A stretch of DNA of 19,892 nt from Synechococcus sp. (GTDB lineage: Bacteria; Cyanobacteriota; Cyanobacteriia; Thermostichales; PCC-7336): the NCBI GenBank assembly GCA_051439425.1, contig JBFRWD010000022.1, positions 1 through 19,892 on the forward strand. Reading direction: 5' to 3'. Positions 8,770 through 16,450 of the stretch are shown here, piece by piece; position 1 is the stretch's first letter, and each line of letters begins with the position of its first letter. Under the pieces are notes generated by a model. That model made no database searches, had not been told where the DNA came from, and was given only the letters and a program-made list of their open reading frames with translations. A program made the translations under genes and the position numbers.

Positions 8770-8796
8770 AAAAAAGGCGCGAACATTATCGCGCCT
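8770..8796 (-). terminator. Rho-independent terminator
   Basis: Minus strand reads GGCGCGA-TAATGT-TCGCGCC followed by TTTTTT. Confidence 0.8.
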
Positions 8797-8890
8797 GGTT
8801 ATTGCGTTTATAAGAGGGTATACCACTTAAAGTATGATTTATTTTAACTCAATTGGCAGCCAGGGATATATATAAAATATGGTTCTTGAG

Positions 8891-8927
8891 AAAAAAGAAA
8901 AAAAGACAGAGCGCTCCCGCATCTGCC
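8891..8927 (-). terminator. Rho-independent terminator downstream of the second Crp gene
   Basis: Minus strand reads GGCAGA-T-GCG-GGAG-CGC-TCTGTC followed by a long T tract. Confidence 0.7.
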
Positions 8928-9037
8928 TTCATGTATGTCTTGAGAACATGCCAAAGCATGTCAGAACCTCTTTTTTGTAGAATAACTCAAAATAACGATT
9001 TCCAAGGTTCTCCGAAACACATTTTGTATGTTCGTTT

Positions 9038-9634
9038 TTAAAGTATTTTTTTGCCGTCAACACTCTTGTCAAATACTATCAACCTTTTTTCATGAGATAC
9101 CTGATTGTTTTCTTCCATGATTCGTAAAAATCGAGTTACAGCTTCTCTAGATGTCCCAATTAAGTCGGCAATGTCTTGGTGCGTCAGCGGGATGAAAATC
9201 AAAATTCCGCGATCGCAGCTTTCACCAAACTGATTTGACAGCCAAGAAAATAGAGCAAATATTCGATCGCCAACTTGTCGCTTCAGAGCAATATCTAGCA
9301 GGATTTCAGTTTGATGAATATATCTCAGAAGTAACGGGATCCGATTGATGGACTTGAGCGATACAGGTTCTAGCGTGACATCTGTCAGGCATTCAAGTTG
9401 ACAAGAAAAGTGCTGGGAGATTGAGGCGCATACATACTCATCTGGCCCCCAGATTCCTAGAGAAATCAAGCGCTGATTTGGATCGACAGACAGCGCTCGA
9501 ACAAACCCTGATTCTATTCTCCAGGCGAGGTTTGGCCCGCTAGGAAGCTGCTCCCGTTTTGAGAACTTAACGGATTTAGTCAGAAGACGGCGGTGATTCA
9601 CAGTGAGTCGATCGCTGTATACGATGATAATCAA
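9038..9634 (-). CDS. Crp/Fnr family transcriptional regulator (IdiB-like) with a CRP-type R-E recognition helix
   Basis: WRIESGFVRA...LGIWGP...LECLT N-terminal domain and HTH LTHQDIADLIGTSREAVTRFL. Start codon uncertain (TTG 9634 or a later GTG). Confidence 0.88.
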   Translation of the reverse strand: MIIIVYSDRLTVNHRRLLTKSVKFSKREQLPSGPNLAWRIESGFVRALSVDPNQRLISLGIWGPDEYVCASISQHFSCQLECLTDVTLEPVSLKSINRIPLLLRYIHQTEILLDIALKRQVGDRIFALFSWLSNQFGESCDRGILIFIPLTHQDIADLIGTSREAVTRFLRIMEENNQVSHEKRLIVFDKSVDGKKIL

Positions 9635-9757
9635 GTCCTGCTTAATTCACGCACTATATCGTCAAAGCTCTCGACAATTATGAATGCATATGATTGTCGA
9701 GTAGAGACGATAATCCTTGCAGGCTTATGGTTAAGAAGAGGGATGTTGATAGCGAGG

Positions 9758-10357
9758 TTATTTCAATAATACGCACTGGCGCTGCGACCATCCCAAAAAG
9801 CCGTCCTCTTCTAGTTCTCTCAACATCCGAGTTACCGTGACTCGGGTACTATTAATAGCCTCAGAAATTTCCTGGTGGGTCATACGAAGAGCGATTTTTG
9901 TTCCTCGTTCGCACTCATATCCAAAGCGCTCGCCCAACCATTCCAAGAATAATATCAATCGATCTCGAACGAGATTCTGATACTGAATAGCCAGCAACGA
10001 TTCAGTTTGCTGGAGATAAGACACTAACCACTGACCGCCAAAAATTGATTTGTCTTGAATGAGAAAAGCCTTGGATGTCGTTAGACATTCAATTTGAAAT
10101 GGATAGTTGCGCCGTAAAGGAATACCGATGATATCGCCAGTTCCCCATATCCCTAGAGTTTTAATATCTCCACTTTCCGTGAGGGTCAGTGTACGAAAAT
10201 ATCCTTCTTCTACCTGCCATAAATATCCAGTCTTGAGGGCAACTGTTTGGTGACGATAGAACGTCCGCATCCTAGACCGTTCGTGGTTAGATCTCTCTGG
10301 GAGATTGTGGATGTGTCGATCGATAGAACTGGATGATGTGGATGGGCTGAGGAGCAT
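9758..10357 (-). CDS. Crp/Fnr family transcriptional regulator (IdiB-like) with an NtcA-type R-V recognition helix
   Basis: LWQVEEGYFRTLT...LGIWG...IECLT and HTH MTHQEISEAINSTRVTVTRML. AGGA SD upstream. Confidence 0.9.
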   Translation of the reverse strand: MLLSPSTSSSSIDRHIHNLPERSNHERSRMRTFYRHQTVALKTGYLWQVEEGYFRTLTLTESGDIKTLGIWGTGDIIGIPLRRNYPFQIECLTTSKAFLIQDKSIFGGQWLVSYLQQTESLLAIQYQNLVRDRLILFLEWLGERFGYECERGTKIALRMTHQEISEAINSTRVTVTRMLRELEEDGFLGWSQRQCVLLK

Positions 10358-10383
10358 GATGCTTTCCTGGTGAACTATTCTTG

Positions 10384-10450
10384 TCCGGGAAGTGAAGTGA
10401 GATCTTAATCCGGGAAGTAAGTGAGATCTTAATCCGGGAAGGAGGTGAGA
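10384..10450. repeat. Tandem direct repeat, 24-25 bp unit, about 2.7 copies
   Basis: TCCGGGAAGTGAAGTGAGATCTTAA / TCCGGGAAGT-AAGTGAGATCTTAA / TCCGGGAAGG-AGGTGAGA. Confidence 0.9.
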
Positions 10451-10506
10451 AGGATGGACTGAGCCTCAGAACTTGAAACTAACGACTGCGCTCGCAAGAG
10501 GTGGCG

Positions 10507-11277
10507 CTAAAATTCTTGAGCAAAGCACAGTTCTGCGTGGCGTCGGTATGGGCTTTCTACGCTATTCCAGAAAACCTCTAACTCTGCAGTCAGCAGTTCG
10601 GGATAGAAGCGGTGAAAAAAGTACCGGCCTCCAGGACATTCCCATAAGCGATCGCCAGGTTTGAACCAAGACTGCCAATCTCGAATGCCATCAATCGTCA
10701 CAACGGTGTCATCCGTACTGCCTGACACAAATAAGGGAACCGGGCATTCTCCCGCCGGGATTTGGGCAATTTTCCACATCGAATGGGGAGAAGGCGAGCT
10801 GTCTAAATCGCTTTGAAGAAAGGATTCGAGCAGCTTGCAGGCACTTTTGTTCTGCCGACCAAACAGTTCGCGAACCATTTGGCTCAATACAAACGAGCGA
10901 CCACAGGGCAGTAGATTGAGCCGAGCATAGTAATGGGCTTGCCAGTCAATTGCCGGTAGGGCTCCCACCGATAATAGAGACAGTGAGGCAACACGATCGG
11001 TGTGTAGGCGAGAGTACAGAAGCCCCACCAAGCCTGCAATGCCATGTCCGACTAGGTGAATCGGGTCGGAAACTGTCTTCAGGTAATCGTGCAGCGAGTC
11101 AACTGCCATCTCGATGGAATTCGGCTCATCCTGGCCTTGGGTGTATTCCCAACAGGCGATGTTGTGCTGCCGATCTAGGCGTTGCAATAGCGGGTAACTC
11201 AAAGCCTTGAGTCTGGGGCTGACATTCAGCCACAAGATATTCGGTGGATTGAGGACAAATTCCTGTCGAATGTGCAC
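10507..11277 (-). CDS. isiC: Iron-stress-induced alpha/beta hydrolase-fold protein IsiC
   Basis: LWLNVSP, WEY, HLVGHG, SLSLLSVG, IDWQAHYY and DLDSSPSPHS motifs. Located directly downstream of flavodoxin. Confidence 0.85.
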   Translation of the reverse strand: MHIRQEFVLNPPNILWLNVSPRLKALSYPLLQRLDRQHNIACWEYTQGQDEPNSIEMAVDSLHDYLKTVSDPIHLVGHGIAGLVGLLYSRLHTDRVASLSLLSVGALPAIDWQAHYYARLNLLPCGRSFVLSQMVRELFGRQNKSACKLLESFLQSDLDSSPSPHSMWKIAQIPAGECPVPLFVSGSTDDTVVTIDGIRDWQSWFKPGDRLWECPGGRYFFHRFYPELLTAELEVFWNSVESPYRRHAELCFAQEF

Positions 11278-11552
11278 GATTGGTGTTCCTAATTAACCGT
11301 TAAAGGAGTGTCTTATGGGTCGATGCCGATCGCGGATGAGACGATTGAGCAAAAGCAGGTTTGCGATAGTGAGAGCGAGCCGTTACGACCTGTATTGCTA
11401 AATCAAACGATGGTAGAACCGATCGGACGGACCGAGAAGATTGCGAGATAAGACTGGAACGACCCTCTCGGTCTCGTGTTGGAGCCTATCTGGGTGGAGA
11501 CAGAAGCCCCAATGTTTGTCGTTGCGTTCGATCTCCACCAATTCAGCCGGGG

Positions 11553-12062
11553 CTACAGGCCGAATTCCTGCTTGAGCTGAGAGACCCAAGTGGAAATGCG
11601 ATCGCCCGTTTGGTCGGATTGATTGACTTCATCCAGGGCTAAGCCAACAAACTTGCCACTTCGGACTGCCCGCGAATCATCGTGGTCGTAGCCATCAGTG
11701 GGCCACTGACCGACCGTTGTGCCGCCGCGCTCGGAGATTTTTTCTTCCAAAATCCCCATGGCATCTTGAAAATTGTCGGCATAACCGATTTGATCGCCCT
11801 GGCCGAAATAGGCAATCTTTTTACCACTGAAATTAACCTCGTCCAAATCAGGGAAGAAGCCGTCCCAGTCATCTTGCAGTTCACCGATGTTCCAGGTGGG
11901 GCAACCCACGATGATGCAGTTGTATCCATCAAAGTCAGAGGTTTCCGCATTGGAGATTTCGCATAGCTCCACAACGTCCCCTCCGAATTCGTTTTGAATT
12001 GCTTCTGCAGCTTCTTCGGTATTGCCTGTAGTGCTGCCGTAGAACAACCCAATCTTTGCCAC
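11553..12062 (-). CDS. isiB: Long-chain flavodoxin IsiB
   Basis: AKIGLFYGSTTGNT, GCPTWNIG, GDQIGYADNF and KFVGLALDE. GTG start with AAGGAG SD. Confidence 0.97.
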   Translation of the reverse strand: MAKIGLFYGSTTGNTEEAAEAIQNEFGGDVVELCEISNAETSDFDGYNCIIVGCPTWNIGELQDDWDGFFPDLDEVNFSGKKIAYFGQGDQIGYADNFQDAMGILEEKISERGGTTVGQWPTDGYDHDDSRAVRSGKFVGLALDEVNQSDQTGDRISTWVSQLKQEFGL

Positions 12063-12405
12063 GGTAATCTCCTTAAGTTTGCAATTTTACAGGGGTGTAA
12101 ATGTTGGCCCCGGTCATCTCCTCCAAGGCATGGGGTTCTATCAGAGCGAACCGATACCGAGCTGTCCCATATTCAGGGGCTCCTCACTGCAATGGTCTGT
12201 CCTTTGCAATGAATTGAAAGAGGTGGGGTCAGAAAGACGCTGGAAGTATGAAAACCGAAGCCATTTGCACAACTAGGTCTGCTTGCTGCCCTTGGTAATG
12301 GAATGGAGTAATTTACCGAAAAGACTGCACTTCCAGCGATAATCAACGGCCTATGTAACCAAGCTCGATTGACGGCTAGCGCTGAAGACATAACTCACCA
12401 ATCAC

Positions 12406-12426
12406 TAATGAGAACTAAACTCATTA
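12406..12426. promoter_or_regulatory. Fur box upstream of isiB
   Basis: Palindrome TAATGAG-AACTAAA-CTCATTA fits the TGA-N9-TCA Fur consensus. Confidence 0.8.
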
Positions 12427-12460
12427 AGCTCATGACGGCAGTTTACCTCACTTGCAGCTT

Positions 12461-12479
12461 ATTGCAAAGGATTTTCAAT
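12461..12479. promoter_or_regulatory. Second Fur box upstream of isiB
   Basis: ATTGCAAAGGATTTTCAAT, a 19-bp match to ATTGANAATNATTNTCAAT-type boxes. Confidence 0.7.
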
Positions 12480-12847
12480 TGCATTGGTCGTTCCTGCCTG
12501 TTTTTCTCTTGATGCAATGCTGGTCAACCCCATATGGGTAGAGGGCTGGAGGGAGTTTATTCGACGTATTTATCCGAGTTGCTCGTATCGAGATCTAAAG
12601 GCTTTTTTCTGTGATGTCTGTCTTAACTCGCAGCCTGAGAGATGGTGTCACTATCCATAGCAATCCGCTGTAAGGTCCAGAGGGTGGAGACAGCTCAAAG
12701 CTTTAATCTACAAGGAGAAATAATTGGAGCACTCTCCATCGCAGATTGCTTGGCGCTATACCGAGTCATCCGTTGTCGTCGTTTATGTCACACCGAGTTT
12801 AGAGGCTACGTGGAATCTGAATTAGCGATCGGTAAATGGTACGCAAC

Positions 12848-12886
12848 AAAAAACACCCCGTAGGGAGAGGAGTAACCTGCGGGGTG
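12848..12886 (-). terminator. Rho-independent terminator of the isiA / isiA-psaL operon
   Basis: Minus strand reads CACCCCGCAGG-TTACTCCTCTC-CCTACGGGGTG-TTTTTT. Confidence 0.8.
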
Positions 12887-12941
12887 AATGTATGCGTCAC
12901 GCGTTCCCCAGATGGGGAAACTCTGTTGGCTTGCAGCTGGC

Positions 12942-14414
12942 TTACATCGTCAGTGCATCGCCGAAACTTGTTAATAGGGACTGGTTCTCAAGAAGTAGTG
13001 TGGCCACAATGGCGCCTCCCACTGCTCCGATGAAAAACCCTGTGGTAAAAATGTTCCAATTCTCTGCCGATCGCAGATTCTCCGGCAGCTCTCCTACCGC
13101 TCCATCTTCTGTCTGGAATGTGGCGCGCCCGTAGATCGACAGACAGATGCTGAGAATCAGCACTAATCCCAACGCAGATAGTCCTCCAGCAAGATTGGCA
13201 AATTCGCTATCGCGTAAGGGAGACAGCTTAACGAACGGGCCCACCAATAAGTAGCCGTGGGCCATACCAATTTCTAAACCTCGTCCAATAGGGGCCACAT
13301 CAGGCCGATAGATGGGCAGATAGCGCACCAGGCTAAGACTCAGATCGGAATTGACTGGGGTGCTGAAATTACCGACTTCTGGAGAACCGATGGGGGTGAC
13401 CAGATTGCCAGTTTTGAAGTCAAATCCACTAGCGGTTGCACGGGCTCGAATAGCGTGCCAGATGTGCCCCAGCAGCAATAGCAGCGCAAATACAGCATGG
13501 AAAGACGCCAGCCAGGTACGTACGGTGGGCTCTCCGGTGGCAGTTGCCGACCAACCGGTTTCGCCGTAAAACGCGACCGGATAAACGGTGTCATTAACGG
13601 TGACAAAGTAGGCCGCCAGGGCTCCCATGTAAGCTAAGGCTCCGAGGCTGTAGGAGAGATAAGCTTCGCCAGACCAGACCAATACATCTTTAGCCCACTG
13701 TTTGGGTTGGGAAAAGATGTGCCAGATGCCGCCACCAATACACATCAGGCCAACATATATGTGTCCTCCAACAACGTCCTCAAGGTTATCGACACCGGCC
13801 ATCCCGCGATCGCCCACTTGGCCAAGTAAATAGCCAAAAATATGGAACCCATTGACGTTGGGTGATGTGACAGCCCGTATGCCGGGTAAGGCCGGATCGT
13901 ACAGACCGCCCCAAAACATAGCCTTAGCCACCAGCAGCCAAGCCCCCAATCCCAGCAGCACCAGATGAATGCCGATGATAGTGGTCATTTTGTCGCCGTC
14001 TTCCCAGGAGTAACCGAATGAATCGGCAAACCGATCGCCGATGGGCAGCACCTCCGGCCCCAGCAGAGCGTGATACAAGCCGCCTGCCCCTAACACTGCA
14101 GAGGCAACCAGATGCACAACGCCTACGACAAAGTAGGGATACAAATCGACAATGGTTCCGCCGTCCAATCCGAGTCCCAACGTTGCTAGATGGGGGATTA
14201 AGATTGACCCTTGCTCGTAAATGGGTTGGGTGACGTCGTACTGAGTAATTTCGAACAATGTCATAGCCCCGGCCCACAGGACAATCAGTCCTGCATGGGC
14301 GACGTGGGCCCCTAGTAGACGGCCAGAAAAGTCTATGAACCGAGCATTACCGGCAATCCATGTGAATTGTGGAGGTGATGTGGTGCCTCCTGATGGAGCG
14401 ATTGATGCAGTCAT
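12942..14414 (-). CDS. isiA: IsiA (CP43-like chlorophyll-binding protein) fused to a C-terminal PsaL domain
   Basis: Residues 1 to about 335 are CP43-like ([34 protein letters not shown]). Residues about 337-490 are PsaL-like ([31 protein letters not shown]). Confidence 0.95.
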   Translation of the reverse strand: MTASIAPSGGTTSPPQFTWIAGNARFIDFSGRLLGAHVAHAGLIVLWAGAMTLFEITQYDVTQPIYEQGSILIPHLATLGLGLDGGTIVDLYPYFVVGVVHLVASAVLGAGGLYHALLGPEVLPIGDRFADSFGYSWEDGDKMTTIIGIHLVLLGLGAWLLVAKAMFWGGLYDPALPGIRAVTSPNVNGFHIFGYLLGQVGDRGMAGVDNLEDVVGGHIYVGLMCIGGGIWHIFSQPKQWAKDVLVWSGEAYLSYSLGALAYMGALAAYFVTVNDTVYPVAFYGETGWSATATGEPTVRTWLASFHAVFALLLLLGHIWHAIRARATASGFDFKTGNLVTPIGSPEVGNFSTPVNSDLSLSLVRYLPIYRPDVAPIGRGLEIGMAHGYLLVGPFVKLSPLRDSEFANLAGGLSALGLVLILSICLSIYGRATFQTEDGAVGELPENLRSAENWNIFTTGFFIGAVGGAIVATLLLENQSLLTSFGDALTM

Positions 14415-14474
14415 ATCTAGAACAAAAATTGTAATTAAGGATGTGAGATGAACAAAGGTGATGCATGCAATTGA

Positions 14475-15527
14475 TTAGCCTTGAGGGACAGGATTCACTT
14501 TGCCTGCTTTGAAGTCGAACCCAGCCGCTTGCAACGCGTGCCAAATGTGGCCTTGTAAGAAGAAGAACCCCAGCCAAAAATGAGCGTTGGCCAACCAGAC
14601 GCGATTGGTCAGTTGGTCCGTTGCGCCGTCTATATAGAAATAGGGGAAGCGATCGAAACCAATGGAGAGAGAGGGACCGAAAAATTCTGTGGGAAAGGCC
14701 ACCGTATTGACTGAAACAAATAGCGTGGCGATGAAGGCCATAAGACTGACTGCGCCGATGCCATAAGACAGATAGGCTTCGCCCGACCAGACAAATAGCT
14801 TGTCAGTCCATGCGAAGGGCGGAACCCAGATGTGCCAGATACCACCAGCAATCAACACGATTCCGATAAATAGATGGCCACCCACAATGTCTTCTAAGCT
14901 ATCGACACCCGCTAGCCAGAAATAGCCTTTTGTTCCAAACAGGTAACCGAGTGATTGGCCCAAGGCATTGCCGGTGGAGATGCTAACCTCGCGAACTTGG
15001 TCAGTGATGGGGTCGTATAGACCGCCGAAAAATACAGCTTTCGCAACCAGCAACAGAGCTCCGAGGCCAAGCAGCACTAAATGCGTGCCCAATATGCGTG
15101 CCATTTTGTAGCGATCGCTCCATTGATACGCAAACGGACCGCTCAGTTCCGTTGGACCTTTGAGTGCATGAAAAATTCCGCCGAACCCCAGCACGGCAGA
15201 TGAAATCAAGTGAACGACCCCCACTGCAAAGTAGGGCTGGGTATTGATGGCCACGATCGTTCCTGTCTCGGCATCGGCGACCAATCCTAAACCTAAGCGG
15301 GCTAAGTTGGGGAGTACGATGAGCCCTTGGTCGAACATGGGTTGGCTGGGGTCAAACCGACCGATCTCAAACAGTGTGTAGAGGCCAGCCCACAATACGA
15401 TCGATCCAGCGTGGGCGACGTGGGCCCCCAATAGTTTGCCGGACATGTTTGCGAGTCGTGCGTTACCTGCCCACCAGGGGGCAAGCCAGTAGGCCCCTAC
15501 ACTCGAAGGCATTCGATTCATCACCAT
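14475..15527 (-). CDS. isiA: IsiA/Pcb family chlorophyll-binding protein (divergent paralog)
   Basis: [27 protein letters not shown] and [18 protein letters not shown]. Lacks the large CP43 E-loop. GGGAG SD upstream. Confidence 0.93.
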   Translation of the reverse strand: MVMNRMPSSVGAYWLAPWWAGNARLANMSGKLLGAHVAHAGSIVLWAGLYTLFEIGRFDPSQPMFDQGLIVLPNLARLGLGLVADAETGTIVAINTQPYFAVGVVHLISSAVLGFGGIFHALKGPTELSGPFAYQWSDRYKMARILGTHLVLLGLGALLLVAKAVFFGGLYDPITDQVREVSISTGNALGQSLGYLFGTKGYFWLAGVDSLEDIVGGHLFIGIVLIAGGIWHIWVPPFAWTDKLFVWSGEAYLSYGIGAVSLMAFIATLFVSVNTVAFPTEFFGPSLSIGFDRFPYFYIDGATDQLTNRVWLANAHFWLGFFFLQGHIWHALQAAGFDFKAGKVNPVPQG

Positions 15528-15571
15528 AAAACTCTCCCTGGGTGTTGCAAGGAATCAAAGAACTGTTGGCT

Positions 15572-15590
15572 ATTGAGACTAATACTCATT
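15572..15590. promoter_or_regulatory. Fur box upstream of the isiA operon
   Basis: ATTGAGACTAATACTCATT (TGA-N9-TCA), 45 bp upstream of the start codon. Confidence 0.8.
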
Positions 15591-15835
15591 AGAAGACGCG
15601 CATGAGTCGGTGAGGGAGAGTACATTTTGGGTGAAGTTTTATTGTGCTGGCGATCGGATTAGTGCTCTGGACCGGCGGATACTCCTGGGTTTATAAGCAG
15701 AGCTGCTCTCATTAATGCACGTAGCCAATGGGCAAATCTTGACTCAGACTTTGACGGTTTCTGGCGCTAGTTGGTGTTGTAAATGACTGGCATACAAGGG
15801 TTCATCGGCATCCATATCGGCAAAAAATCATGAAT

Positions 15836-15851
15836 TGTGATTGTTGTCACA
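15836..15851. promoter_or_regulatory. CRP-type binding site
   Basis: TGTGA-TTGTTG-TCACA, an exact TGTGA-N6-TCACA consensus. Confidence 0.65.
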
Positions 15852-15997
15852 GGTGATTGAGAAAATCTCCACCCAGTCAACGTGAATGAAGCGGTGGAGC
15901 CGTCAAGCTTTGAGAGGTTTTCAGCAAAAAAATGGATGTAGAAGCGAGAGATCGCTTGCCGGAGGGCAATCAATCTGCTAACGTCTTCTCATTCCTT

Positions 15998-16016
15998 GTT
16001 GATATTAGTCTCAATA
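15998..16016. promoter_or_regulatory. Imperfect Fur-like box
   Basis: GTTGATATTAGTCTCAATA. Its reverse complement shares 14 bp with the isiA box, but the spacer is one base short (N8). Confidence 0.45.
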
Positions 16017-16198
16017 AAGGTGTTGCCATCACCTAGAGCCTTTAAGACGGGTCTAGGGCTAGGGGAGTTTCACGGTTCCAAGCCGATCGCACAGCCAGCG
16101 AGGCTCGGAGGCATTGCTGCATTGCCGGGGTTTTCCTTACTTGTCGCTAATACGGCCAGCCTTATCGTTTGAGATTCGATCGGGGTTGGTGCTTTGCA

Positions 16199-16236
16199 AA
16201 CCTATGCCTTTCGTTAACCTATACCTTTCGTTAACC
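16199..16236. repeat. 17-bp tandem direct repeat
   Basis: AACCTATGCCTTTCGTT AACCTATACCTTTCGTT AACC. Confidence 0.85.
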
Positions 16237-16450
16237 GTCATACGTTCCGATGCTAGTCATCGGTGTGAGCAAAGTGTGGAGGGTGAGCGGAATGGTTGGG
16301 AGGCGGTGCTGAGGTGGCTTAGCGGCAAGCCGTCACACTGGTGCTCGACAATTGCGCACTACTGACGCAGATCGGCTCTGGAAATTTATTTTTTTGAGCG
16401 CATATCATCCGCGACACGCTTGTTTTGCACCTTTGGAGGAAAAGCTGGAA

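Noticed and set aside
8849..8959. 36-codon - strand ORF with GAGG SD (MLWHVLKTYMK...)
   Set aside because: It runs through a clear terminator hairpin and poly-T tract, so it is more simply the 3' UTR of the Crp gene.
10384..10450. Possible mini CRISPR array
   Set aside because: The repeats are directly adjacent with no spacers, and there are no cas genes in the window.
11315..11401. Antisense 28-aa Arg-rich ORF (MGRCRSRMRRLSKSRFAIVRASRYDLYC) with AAAGGAG SD
   Set aside because: The apparent SD is explained as the anti-SD arm of the isiC hairpin on the other strand. Its 12-bp match (AGTGTCTTATGG) to the rsgA leader start is within chance expectation for 20 kb.
12642..12863. 73-aa + strand ORF in the isiB/isiA-psaL gap
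   Set aside because: No recognisable family or IsiA remnant, so there is no support beyond ORF length.
15767..15973. 68-aa - strand ORF upstream of isiA
   Set aside because: TTG start without a convincing SD, no recognisable motif, and it overlaps the CRP box.
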